NCBI GenBank assembly: GCA_963664405.1
Contig: OY761158.1
Span: 32,001-96,000 of the forward strand
DNA from: Thermoanaerobaculia bacterium
GTDB lineage: Bacteria; Acidobacteriota; Thermoanaerobaculia; Multivoradales; Multivoraceae
DNA length: 64,000 nt
Direction of reading: 5' to 3'
Below are positions 39,660-49,546 of this stretch, in pieces. The notes under the pieces were generated by a model, which saw only the letters and a program-made list of their open reading frames with translations, did no database searches and was not told the DNA's origin. Numbering within the stretch: the stretch's first letter is position 1; each line of letters starts with the position of its first letter. The translations under genes were made by a program, and so were the position numbers.

Positions 39660-41664
39660 GGGTCGGCGCGGAAATAACTTCACATTATCGCCGGAGCGTG
39701 TGAGGCCGAGGCGCCACAGGGCGGTCGCTGCATTGGAGGTGGTGGTGAGCTGAGCCCAGGCTGTGGGGCAAGCTCTTCCTGCTCGGTTCGCGGTCTCGGC
39801 GAGAGGGTGTAGTTCCACTTTCCTAGGAAGTCGCTCCTGGCCACCGCGAGCTGCAGCATTTCCTTGTCCGATACCCTGACTCCTTTCTGGTATTGGCGTT
39901 GATCACGGCACGGCTCGACGCGCAGTCCGGTGGATGTCGTCGTGTTGCGGACGAGGTTGACGAGGATCTCGAAACTCTCGAGAGGAACTCCGGCCCAGTT
40001 CTTGCTGATCTCGCTGAACATCCTGTGCTCGATGGGATTCCATTTACTGGTGCCAGTTGGATAGTGGGCGACGGTGATGATGAGGCCGCACTTGTCTACG
40101 AGCTTCTCCTGGAGGTACTTCTTCCAGGCTCGAAGCCGTGCGCCGTTGCTTGCGCCGCTGTCGGCAAGAATGAGGAGACGCTGAGACGCCGGATAGTGAG
40201 ATCGACCGTATTTGAGCCACCAGGTCGCGATGCTGTTGACAGCGAACTCCGGCGTGTCCGACGACTGTCCGAGGACGAGAACGCCGAAGTTCCTCTGAAG
40301 ATCGTAGATCCCATAGGGGGAGGCGATGGCGAGAGCTTCGGACCGGAAGTCGTGATCCTTGACCCGCTTGGCCTCGCGGCACCATGTCTGTCCCTGGTTC
40401 TTGAACCGACCGATCAGCTCCTTCTTCTTCGTATCGACGCTGATGATCGGGTCGCCAGCGCTTGTGAAATCCTCGCGCAGTCGCTTGATGGCCTTGAACT
40501 GTGCATCACGATCTGGGGAGTTCCCCGAAGACAGACATTTCCTATTGCTCTTGAGGGAATAGTTCAGGTCTGCGAGCAATCGACGCACCACCGTAGCCGA
40601 TACGATGATGTCAAGGCGTTCGGCAAGGCATTGGGCCACCTTTGCAGCGGTCTCGTGCGTCCATCTTTTTGATGACATGGGATCACCAGCTATATCGGCC
40701 TCGAGTATGGAATGGATTCCATCGACTATCTCGGGCGTTTTTTTTCCACTCGTTGGTTGCCACCGCCTGCTCTTCGAACTCTTCCGCGCTCCACGGAGCC
40801 GCCGAAGAGCTCGCGACGTCCTTTTGCGACTGTATGAGGGTCCAGGTCCAGAAGATCGGCGATCTTCCGGTCGCCGCCATGCCCGAGCTTGGTCGCTTCC
40901 AGGCCAGCGAAGAGCCGCCGCTGGCGTTCGTCTAGCAGGCTGAAGAATAAAACGATGGCAGCCCTGAGCTCCTCGGGGAGCACTTCTGGAACGAGGCTGG
41001 CAGCTACATCCTGGAGAGCCTGCCGTTCGTTGCGCATCAGCTTCTGCTGACGACGGCGCCCTGTTTCCGAGCACAAGTATACGAACCTCTTCCCAACTCT
41101 GGATCGTACGATTCTCTTGCGACGAACGAGGTGCAACATCGCGTGCTTGACCTCGACCTGCAGCAGGAGCTCGAGTTCAGAAGCCGTATAGCCGGCAGCG
41201 GACCGGTCCACGGCAGCCACCGCAGTTTCGAGGAGGCTGCCATGCCGACTGAACCTCGCCGAACCGCACGACCACAAACCCAGATCGTCGAAATCGGGAA
41301 TCTCGTTCAAGGTATAGAACCGCCCTCGATCCGAGTAGCTGGCCAAATAGCCCAATCGAGACAGCGAACGGTAGACCGTCATGGTGGCTCGGGTTCCCAT
41401 GGCGTCCTTGAGCTCATCCATGGTGGCCATCTGTTCGCTCATCAAGAGCTCGCGCACTGTTGCATCACGATCTTCGGCTCGTACCATTTGGTATAGTTCC
41501 CCTTCCAAAAGAGGTGACAGGGAAAACTATACCAAATGCGGGCAGGGCTATGCTAGCTCTAAACCTTGCAAACAAGGCGCGTACCGGAGGATTATGCGGT
41601 GGCTGAAGAAGGGGGCAGTGGTATGGTCACCCCAGATACTGGAAACTTATTTCCGCGCCGACCC
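39660..41664 (-). mobile_element. ISAzo13-family element
   Basis: IRs GGGTCGGCGCGGAAATAA / TTATTTCCGCGCCGACCC; 3-bp TTA duplication. Confidence 0.9.
39680..41508 (-). CDS. ISAzo13 transposase in two frames joined by a probable -1 frameshift at A8 (40738-40745)
   Basis: LDERQRRL in ORF 40726..41508; ISVDTKKKEL, ILADSG, SKWNPIEHR in ORF 39680..41074. Confidence 0.88.
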
Positions 41665-41705
41665 TTAGTAAGCATGGACGCCTCGGCGCGATAAGATCAG
41701 TCTCG

Positions 41706-42203
41706 ATGAGCCCGGGTTCGATCAAAGGCAGACTCGCTCTTCTGTCGCTCGCCGTCCTGGTCGCCGATCAGTGGACCAAGCACCTGGCCGAGCTCCATCT
41801 CCTGGGAGCTCCTGCGCTGAGCCTCATCCCCGGCTTCCTCGACCTGATCTATGTCCGCAATAGCGGAGTCGCATTCGGCCTCTTTGCGGCCGGCAGCAGC
41901 CTCGCCGGCGTTGTCGTTCTCACCGCGCTCGGCCTGCTGGCATTCTCCCTAGTGCTCTTCTATTTTCTAAAGACACCGGTCAGCAACCGAACCGTTCTCG
42001 TAGCTCTCGCCCTCATTTTGGGCGGAGCGGTCGGCAACCTGGTCGACCGCGTGATGCGAGGGTCGGTGACCGACTTCATCGATGTCTACGTGGCGAGCCA
42101 CCATTGGCCTACCTTCAACGCCGCCGATAGCGCAATTACGATAGGCATCACGCTGATGGCGATCGATGCCTTCTGGTTGCACCGGCAGCCCGACTCGTCT
42201 TAA
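41706..42203 (+). CDS. lspA: Lipoprotein signal peptidase II
   Basis: DQWTK, NSGVAFG, GAVGNLVDR, VTDFI, FNAAD. Confidence 0.97.
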   Translation: MSPGSIKGRLALLSLAVLVADQWTKHLAELHLLGAPALSLIPGFLDLIYVRNSGVAFGLFAAGSSLAGVVVLTALGLLAFSLVLFYFLKTPVSNRTVLVALALILGGAVGNLVDRVMRGSVTDFIDVYVASHHWPTFNAADSAITIGITLMAIDAFWLHRQPDSS

Positions 42204-42211
42204 GAAGAAAG

Positions 42212-43192
42212 TTGCGCGAGAGCTCGCCCGATCCCAGCCGAGGATCTCAGCTGTGGCGGGCGCAGGAGGGTGCCTGCGGTTCCCGGCTCGATGTCTATCT
42301 CGCCGATGCTCTCGGCGAGTCTAGAAACCAGATCCAGAAGTGGGTCAAAGCCGGGAGAGTCCTCCTCGATGGCCTGGCCATTCTGCGCCCCTCCTTCCGT
42401 CTGGAGGGAGGAGAGGAGATCGAATGCCTGGCCCCCGAAGAGGGTGACGAGGCTCTGCTTGCGGCTGAGGACGGCGAGCTCTCGATACTGTGGGAGGACC
42501 AGGACATCATCGTGCTCGATAAGCCGGCGCCCCTGGCCGTGCATCCGGGCGCCGGTCGACCCGACCACACGCTCGCCAACAGGCTTCTGGGAAGGTATCC
42601 AGAGATCGCCAGAGTCGGTCATCCGCGACGGCCGGGCATCGTCCACCGCCTCGACATAGGGACGACAGGAGTCATGGTGGCGGCTCGTCACCCGGAAGCG
42701 CACAGGGCGCTGGCGCTGGCCTTTAGCGATCGCCATGTCGATAAGATCTATCTCGCTCTCGCTTACGGATCCCTAGCTCCGCCTGCCGGAGAGATCGACT
42801 CCCCGATCGGCCGTGACCCTCGTCACCGCACGAGAATGACGGTGTCGCCGGACGGCAGACCGGCGATGACCCACTACCGAACTCTCGGTGCAGCCTCGGG
42901 GGTCAGCTCGCTCGAGCTCGACATCAAGACCGGACGCACGCACCAGATTCGGGTCCACCTCAGAAGCTTGGGGCACCCCTTGGTTGGAGACCCCGTGTAC
43001 GGTGAGGCGCGCTGGAAGGGGCTCCCCGCTCCTCTTCGTCCGTCACTTCGGGACTTTCCGCGCCCGGCGTTACATGCCTGGCGACTGACCCTGGACCACC
43101 CTTCGACGGGTGAGAGCATTCGCTTCGAGGCTCCGCTCCCCGAGGACCTCCGCTCGCTCTGGGAGAGCCTGGGTGGCGGCCACCTCTCCTAA
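42212..43192 (+). CDS. rluD: RluA/RluD-family pseudouridine synthase
   Basis: S4 domain, GIVHRLD, TGRTHQIRVH. Confidence 0.9.
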   Translation: MRESSPDPSRGSQLWRAQEGACGSRLDVYLADALGESRNQIQKWVKAGRVLLDGLAILRPSFRLEGGEEIECLAPEEGDEALLAAEDGELSILWEDQDIIVLDKPAPLAVHPGAGRPDHTLANRLLGRYPEIARVGHPRRPGIVHRLDIGTTGVMVAARHPEAHRALALAFSDRHVDKIYLALAYGSLAPPAGEIDSPIGRDPRHRTRMTVSPDGRPAMTHYRTLGAASGVSSLELDIKTGRTHQIRVHLRSLGHPLVGDPVYGEARWKGLPAPLRPSLRDFPRPALHAWRLTLDHPSTGESIRFEAPLPEDLRSLWESLGGGHLS

Positions 43193-44304
43193 GCGACGAG
43201 CCCTTCGAGCTCGGTGTAGTCCCTTCCCTGCGACTCGGCCACCGGACCACAGGTCAGCTCTCCCCGAAAGGTGTTGACACCGGCCGCGAAGCCTGGATCC
43301 GCCCTTACCGCGTTCTCCAGACCCGAGCTCGCGAGCGAGAGTATGTACGGAAGAGTCGCGTTATTCAGAGCGAATGTGGAGGTTCTCGGCACCGATCCCG
43401 GCATATTGGCGACGCAGTAGTGAGTCACACCCCCGACCTCGTATACCGGGTCCGAATGTGTTGTCGGATGGGTGGTCTCGAAACAGCCGCCCTGGTCGAC
43501 CGACACGTCGACGATCACCGAGCGGTGTTTCATCTCCTCCAGCATCGCTCGACTGACGACCTTTGGCGCCGACCCTCCGGGGATCAAGACTGCGCCGACC
43601 AGAACATCCGCTCGCCTCATCGCCGCCAGCAGATTGTGCTTGTTGCTGGCCAGCGTGGTCACCTCGCCGTGAAAGAGATCGTCGAAGAAGCGCAGTCGGT
43701 CGAGACTCGTGTCCAGAACCGCGACACGAGCGCCCAGTCCTAGCGCGATCTTGACTGCGTTCAAGCCCACCACTCCCCCACCGATGATGACGACATCGCA
43801 GGGCGGTACTCCCGGTACCCCCGAGAGAAGGGCCCCGCGGCCTCCGAAGCTACGCTGCAGATAGAAGCTCCCCATCATTACCGCCATTCGCCCTGCGATC
43901 TCGGACATCGGAGTCAGCAGCGGCAAGTTCCCGCGTGCATCGGCGATGGTTTCATAAGCGATTCCGGTAACCCGGCGGTCGAGCAGAGTCTGCGTGAGCT
44001 CGGGCAAAGGCGCCAAGTGTAGGTAGGTGAAGAGGATCTGTCCGGCGCGCAGGAGGGAGTACTCCGTCACCACCGGCTCCTTCACCTTGATCACCATTTC
44101 GGCCGAGTCGAAAACCGAGTCGGCGTCTTCCAGGATGTAGCCTCCCGCCGCGACGAACTCCTCATCTGAGATCCCGCTGCCGACGCCACAGCCCCGTTGG
44201 AGCGCGACGTCATGGCCTGCGGCCACGAGTGCATCGACCGACGCGGGCGTCAGGCCGACCCGAAACTCCTGGTCCTTGAGCTCGGTGGGAACGCCGATCT
44301 TCAT
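43189..44304 (-). CDS. ald: Alanine dehydrogenase
   Basis: [28 protein letters not shown]. Confidence 0.96.
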   Translation of the reverse strand: MKIGVPTELKDQEFRVGLTPASVDALVAAGHDVALQRGCGVGSGISDEEFVAAGGYILEDADSVFDSAEMVIKVKEPVVTEYSLLRAGQILFTYLHLAPLPELTQTLLDRRVTGIAYETIADARGNLPLLTPMSEIAGRMAVMMGSFYLQRSFGGRGALLSGVPGVPPCDVVIIGGGVVGLNAVKIALGLGARVAVLDTSLDRLRFFDDLFHGEVTTLASNKHNLLAAMRRADVLVGAVLIPGGSAPKVVSRAMLEEMKHRSVIVDVSVDQGGCFETTHPTTHSDPVYEVGGVTHYCVANMPGSVPRTSTFALNNATLPYILSLASSGLENAVRADPGFAAGVNTFRGELTCGPVAESQGRDYTELEGLVA

Positions 44305-44323
44305 TTGAAAAATGGCCGGAGTA

Positions 44324-44398
44324 TGGAGCGGGCAACGGGGCTCGAACCCGCGACATCAAGCTTGGGAAGCTTGCACTCTACCACTGAGTTATGCCCGC
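44324..44398 (-). tRNA. tRNA-Gly(CCC)
   Basis: Full cloverleaf, encoded CCA. Confidence 0.97.
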
Positions 44399-44498
44399 CC
44401 GAAGGCGCTTCACCGGCAATGTAGACCACTCGCACGACGGCGGTCAAGCAAAGAAGTGTGGGACTTGCCTATCTCCGCGATGCCGGTATACTGAGGAG

Positions 44499-44771
44499 GT
44501 GAAGGGCTCCTCCGCAGACACCGCCAACGGCCTCTACTTCTTTCCAGATCAAGACGTCACCGAGGCGGAGCTTCGATCGATTCTCGTAGGCAAAGACCCC
44601 GAGCGTCGCGCCTGGGTCGTTTCGCACCTTCTTCGTTACGCCCAGTGGGACGACATCTGGGCCTACATCAGTCGCGAAGAGGTCCGAGACATGTTCGGAG
44701 AGCTCGACTTGCCGGAGAATCTGCGGATCGCCTGGGGTCGCATGCTCAAGGTCGAAGCTCCCGTCAGCTAG
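44499..44771 (+). CDS. Small hypothetical protein
   Basis: Protein-like composition; TATACT 6 nt upstream of GTG. Confidence 0.65.
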   Translation: MKGSSADTANGLYFFPDQDVTEAELRSILVGKDPERRAWVVSHLLRYAQWDDIWAYISREEVRDMFGELDLPENLRIAWGRMLKVEAPVS

Positions 44772-44783
44772 TCGCCCCCGCGG

Positions 44784-45785
44784 CTAATCGCCCATCACTA
44801 GGCCCCCGAGCCCACCGAGGATCGAGCCTTCTCCTTTGTGTTGTCCACCGCCCTTGGGGGCGGCGGCCCAGACCCGGCTGGCCAGGCGACTGAAGGGCAG
44901 AGACTGCGCCCAGATCTTGCCTGGCCCGGTGAGACTCGCGTAGAAGAGGCCCTCGCCGCCGAAGAGAGCGGTCTTGATCCCCTTGACGAATTGGATGTCG
45001 TAGTCGACTTGCTTCTCGAACGCGACCAAACAACCGGTATCGAGACGCATCGTCTCGCCCGCAGCGAGAGTGCGCTCAACCACGGCTCCACCGGCATGGA
45101 CGAAGGCCAGCCCGTCACCTTCCAGCTTCTGCAGGATGAAGCCCTCACCTCCGAAGAGCCCGGCTCCCAGTTTCTTCTGGAACGCGATACCGATCGCGAC
45201 TCCCTTGGCTGCGCAAAGGAAAGCATCCTTCTGGCAGAGGATCGTGCCGTCGTGGTTCGATAGATCGAAGGGAATGATGCTGCCTGGATAAGGCGATGCG
45301 AAAGAAACCTTCTGGCGCCCCGGTCCGGCGTTCCCGAACACGGTGAGAAACAGAGACTCACCGGTAAGCACTCTCTTGCCGGCCGTGAGCAGGCTCCCCA
45401 TGAAGCCCCCATTCTGTCCCGTACCGTCGCCGAAGATGGTCTCGACCTCGATCCCCGGATCCATGTACATGAAGCTTCCGGCCTCGGCGATACAGGCCTC
45501 CGAAGGATCGAGGGTCACTTCGACGAATTGCATCTCTTCGCCGAAGATCTCGTAGTCGATGACGTCGGCGGCTCCTCCCGAGGGAGGGGGCGGGAGAGCC
45601 GGGCCGGCTTCGGACAGCGCGGCGGCGAAGACTTGTTGACTCGATAGGGGCTGCCAGTCGGTCATGCCCTGCTTGAATACGTGCGCGCTGCGATCGACCT
45701 TGCCACCACGAATCTTGGCGACCACCTCTTCTTCGCTAAAGGGACCAATCTGCTTGCCGCCTTCGGCTATGTGCCATTCACTCAT
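44784..45785 (-). CDS. TIGR00266/AIM24-family protein with N-terminal GYF-like domain
   Basis: GPFS...GMTDW; repeated FGGEG motifs. Confidence 0.88.
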   Translation of the reverse strand: MSEWHIAEGGKQIGPFSEEEVVAKIRGGKVDRSAHVFKQGMTDWQPLSSQQVFAAALSEAGPALPPPPSGGAADVIDYEIFGEEMQFVEVTLDPSEACIAEAGSFMYMDPGIEVETIFGDGTGQNGGFMGSLLTAGKRVLTGESLFLTVFGNAGPGRQKVSFASPYPGSIIPFDLSNHDGTILCQKDAFLCAAKGVAIGIAFQKKLGAGLFGGEGFILQKLEGDGLAFVHAGGAVVERTLAAGETMRLDTGCLVAFEKQVDYDIQFVKGIKTALFGGEGLFYASLTGPGKIWAQSLPFSRLASRVWAAAPKGGGQHKGEGSILGGLGGLVMGD

Positions 45786-45797
45786 TTAGGTACTCCT

Positions 45798-46700
45798 CTA
45801 TTGGGTCTCAAAAACAACTTCGAATACTTTCGGCCAGAGCTTGCCGGTAAGAAAGAAAGTCTCGGTCTCTGGGTTGTAGGCAATTCCGTTGAGGACGTCG
45901 GCTCGGTCTCGCTCGCGCCTGCTCAAGAGGCCGGAGGCGTCGATCAACGCAGTCACAACGCCGCTGCCGGGGTCGATGCGAGCGATGTGGTCGCCTCCGA
46001 AGATATTTGCATAGATCCAACCTTCGGCACACTCGAGCTCGTTCAGATTCTCCAACGGAACGCCCTGGGAGCTCACCTTCAACTGTCTGAGGCTCAGAAA
46101 GCTGTCGGGGTCGCGAAAGGTAAGAGTGTCGCTTCCATCACTCATCGCTAATCGCCGGCCGTCGTAGCACAGACCCCAGCCCTCCCCCTGATAGGAGATT
46201 CGGTCGATCGGTGCGAAAGTTTCACGATCCCAGACCAAAGCTACTCCCTCTCGCCAAGTGAGCTGGATCAATCGCTCCCCAACCACCGCTAGTCCCTCGC
46301 CGAAAAACTGCGATGGGAGACTCACTTCGCTCACGGCATCCTGCGTAGAGGGACGCCAACGGCGGAGACGAGACTCACCGTATCGGCCGGTACTCTCGAC
46401 CAAGCTACCCTCGTCCCAGACCAGCCCCTGGGTGTAGGCGGTGGTGTCGTGGCCGAACTCTCTCAATACACGGATACGGAGCCTCTCGGGAGAGCTTGCC
46501 CCTGAGGAGACGGAGCCTACCGACCGCTGCTCACTCGAAGACCGGGGCAAGGTGCCTTCTCCTGCCCGCCCTCCGGCCAACGTGTAGTAGGCACCGCTCG
46601 CCGCAATCGCGGCCAGTGCCAAGCCGAGCCATCTGCCGCGTCGAAGGCCCCCTGGCTTTCGGGAGGACCGACGATGACTCTCTCGCGGGCTAGCCGACAT
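45798..46700 (-). CDS. Glutaminyl-peptide cyclotransferase
   Basis: YTQGL, ESTG, FGEG, EGWGL, LNELE, VLNGIA, GKLWP. Confidence 0.92.
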   Translation of the reverse strand: MSASPRESHRRSSRKPGGLRRGRWLGLALAAIAASGAYYTLAGGRAGEGTLPRSSSEQRSVGSVSSGASSPERLRIRVLREFGHDTTAYTQGLVWDEGSLVESTGRYGESRLRRWRPSTQDAVSEVSLPSQFFGEGLAVVGERLIQLTWREGVALVWDRETFAPIDRISYQGEGWGLCYDGRRLAMSDGSDTLTFRDPDSFLSLRQLKVSSQGVPLENLNELECAEGWIYANIFGGDHIARIDPGSGVVTALIDASGLLSRRERDRADVLNGIAYNPETETFFLTGKLWPKVFEVVFETQ

Positions 46701-46757
46701 CAGGGGGCGCCTAAGCGAGCTTCAGGATAACATGACGCCGCTCCGCAGAGGGTGTGA

Positions 46758-48563
46758 ATGAAGCGTAAACCGGCTATCTCCATCGTCTTCTTGTTGGCGG
46801 CGTTTCTCGCCCTGCAACAGCCCCTTCTCGGGCAGGTTACGCCCGCCTTACTCGGCCAGTCGGGGGGCGCAGCCGAGGCGGTGGATGAAGCTCTCGGCAC
46901 GGCACCGGAGCCTGCAGCGCCCGTATTGGTTGCCAGGCTCAGTCCTCGCGCCACAATGAGAACCTTTCTCGAGGCTTTTCCGAGACGCGACTGGGATGCG
47001 GCTATCGCATGTTTGGACCTGTCGCATGAGGGGCTGTCGCCGGCGGCACTCCGCCTCCGCGGCCGAGAGGCGGCAACTACTCTCAAAGACGTCATCGACC
47101 GGCTCCGCTACGTAGACTTCGGCGATATTTCCGCCGAGCCCGACGGCGCCGCCTATGTCTTTCACTCGGGGCCGGCCGGCGGCATCGTCATCGAGCGACA
47201 GCCCAACGGCGACTGGCTCTTTTCGGCGGCAACGATCGCCGCCCTCCCTACTCTAATGCGCGAGCTCGGCGACACCGAGGTCGTAGAGGGCGTCGAGGAA
47301 GCGCCTCGGACCCTCGCCCTCTGGATCCGCTCTTGGGTCCCGGAATCGCTCGCAGTTCGCGCCTTCATGCTCGAAGGCTGGCAATGGGCAGGCCTTTTCT
47401 TGCTCACCATCGTGGGGGTCGCTGTCGATCGCATTGTGGTGCTCCTGGCTGCCGTCGCCGCCCGGCGATGGATCTCCCGTGAGCAACGGAATCTCACTCC
47501 GGGCACGGTGACCTCGGCAGTTCGCCCTCTAGGGCTACTGGCGATGGCCACGCTCTGGTGGGCGGGTCTCGGTGCTCTCGGCCTACCCGGGGCGATCCTC
47601 GGAACTCTTTTGCTCGCGTCCCGCTTCGCGGCGATCGTGGCTGTGGTATGGACCACCTACCGCGCTGCGGACCTCGCGGCGGAGATTCTCGCGGAGCGAG
47701 CCAAAGCAACGGAAAGCCGTATCGACGATCTCTTGGTGCCCTTGGTTCGCAAATCTCTGAAAGTCTTTGTCACCGTATTCGGCCTGGTCTTTATCGCCGA
47801 CAATCTCGACGTTGACGTCAGCAGTCTCTTGGCCGGACTCGGCCTTGGCGGCATCGCGATCGCTCTGGCGGCTCAGGACACAATCAAAAACCTACTCGGC
47901 TCGATCACCGTGCTCTTTGACCGACCCTTCAGTGTAGGTGACTGGGTGGTCATCGAGGATACCGAAGGAACCGTCGAGGAGCTCGGCTTTCGGAGCACTC
48001 GGATCCGCACCTTCTACAACTCCGTGATCACGCTACCTAACGCAACGTTGATCGATGCCGCGGTAGATAACTACGGGAGTCGGACCTACCGCCGCTGGAA
48101 GACCGTGATCTCGCTCACCTGGGACACCCCGCCCGACAAGATAGAAGCATTCTGCGAGGGTGCGCGTGAGTTGATTCGGCGCCATCCCTACACTCGCAAG
48201 GACTACTACCACGTCTATCTCAACGACTTCGGAGAGTCCGACCTGCAGGTGCTCCTCTACATGTTCTTCAATACGCCCGATTGGAGCACGGAGCTCCGCG
48301 AGCGCCATCGCCTCGGAGTCGACATCCTGCGTCTGGCGCAGGCCCTCGGCGTAAGCTTTGCGTACCCGACCCGTACCGTTGTGCTCAAGCAGGATGATGC
48401 CGAGCCGACCTCCCCGCAACCGCCAACCCCTCTCTCGGCCTACGTCACTGAGCGAGAAGACGCTTTGGAGGCGGGACGGCGAGCCGCCCGGGAGCTCGCG
48501 CAACGACCAGCCACCGAAGAGCCCCCTCCTGCCGTCGATTTCTCCTCCTTCCCAGGCGCCTAG
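46758..48563 (+). CDS. MscS-family mechanosensitive channel
   Basis: GLGLGGIAIALAAQD, PFSVGDW, GFRST. Confidence 0.92.
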   Translation: MKRKPAISIVFLLAAFLALQQPLLGQVTPALLGQSGGAAEAVDEALGTAPEPAAPVLVARLSPRATMRTFLEAFPRRDWDAAIACLDLSHEGLSPAALRLRGREAATTLKDVIDRLRYVDFGDISAEPDGAAYVFHSGPAGGIVIERQPNGDWLFSAATIAALPTLMRELGDTEVVEGVEEAPRTLALWIRSWVPESLAVRAFMLEGWQWAGLFLLTIVGVAVDRIVVLLAAVAARRWISREQRNLTPGTVTSAVRPLGLLAMATLWWAGLGALGLPGAILGTLLLASRFAAIVAVVWTTYRAADLAAEILAERAKATESRIDDLLVPLVRKSLKVFVTVFGLVFIADNLDVDVSSLLAGLGLGGIAIALAAQDTIKNLLGSITVLFDRPFSVGDWVVIEDTEGTVEELGFRSTRIRTFYNSVITLPNATLIDAAVDNYGSRTYRRWKTVISLTWDTPPDKIEAFCEGARELIRRHPYTRKDYYHVYLNDFGESDLQVLLYMFFNTPDWSTELRERHRLGVDILRLAQALGVSFAYPTRTVVLKQDDAEPTSPQPPTPLSAYVTEREDALEAGRRAARELAQRPATEEPPPAVDFSSFPGA

Positions 48564-48629
48564 AGCCGGGCGTCCAGGGCACCCCAACACACCGCAAGCT
48601 CGCTGCGAAGAAAGGTGACTCATGCGTCA

Positions 48630-49379
48630 CTAGTGTGAGTCCGCGGCCTTCCGGGGCTGCCTTGGCGGTGCTTCGAGGGGGGCCGCGCCGAGCTTCGAGG
48701 CGACGACGCCACCCACGCCATAGGTGCTAAGAGCCCACACTGCGCCAATCACGAAGGACAGACCTCCGCCCACCCAAGCCAGAAGGCCGGGGCCCTCTCT
48801 GAGCGCAGCGATCACCACCGCCACGTCATCGCCCACCAAGACCTCGCGCATGGCGTCCTGGCTCCAAGGAAAGAGCTGAACTACGATCAGCGAGCCGATC
48901 TCGTAGGCATCGCCGGTCAACGAGATCAGGGGCGCGAGAGCGATCGCCAGACTGAAGCCGTAGAGAAGGCCTGAGCCTCGCTTCGCTCCTTGTCGCAGCA
49001 GCCAAACCCCCGGAAAGAGAGTTAGAAGAAAGGGGAAAAAAGTCGTGAGCACGTGTACCCAGTCGTGGCCACCTGTGTCGAAGCCCGCCAGGCGCCCGGC
49101 GTAGTCGCCGCCCGCCTCGACGAAGGGGAACCAGCGCTCCAGAAGCGCACCACCGTAGAGAGGACTGATCTCGAGCAGCCAAACTCTGCCACCGCCAGCA
49201 ATGCAGCCGAGGGCATGGAGGAGCTCATGAACCGGCACGTAGACCCACCATCCAGCAGCGAGACCTATGAAGCACAAGACCAAACCGGAAACCCCGCTGG
49301 TCATGCACAGCTCCAGCCCGAAAAACACGTCCGTAAACGGCCGGACCACGAATTTCCGTACAGAGCTCATCGCGCCCAC
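48630..49379 (-). CDS. Membrane protein with HExxH motif
   Basis: HELLH; several TM helices. Confidence 0.7.
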   Translation of the reverse strand: MGAMSSVRKFVVRPFTDVFFGLELCMTSGVSGLVLCFIGLAAGWWVYVPVHELLHALGCIAGGGRVWLLEISPLYGGALLERWFPFVEAGGDYAGRLAGFDTGGHDWVHVLTTFFPFLLTLFPGVWLLRQGAKRGSGLLYGFSLAIALAPLISLTGDAYEIGSLIVVQLFPWSQDAMREVLVGDDVAVVIAALREGPGLLAWVGGGLSFVIGAVWALSTYGVGGVVASKLGAAPLEAPPRQPRKAADSH

Positions 49380-49380
49380 T

Positions 49381-49546
49381 CTAGTGTTGTGTCTCCGACA
49401 TGGCTTGCCAAGAGCTCGAGGTCATTTTGTTCGGTGTTAAGGAGCGACGAGGCAGGCATATTGGGAATATGTCGACGAGTCGCGACGACGGCAGCGGGCA
49501 AAAGGGGCCGAGATATTGGTAAGCCATGTCGGAGACACGGCACTAG
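49381..49546. repeat. Long palindromic (MITE/RPE-like) element 1
   Basis: 31-bp terminal IR (CTAGTG..GTGTCTCCGACATGGCTT) with only G-T mismatches. Confidence 0.8.
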
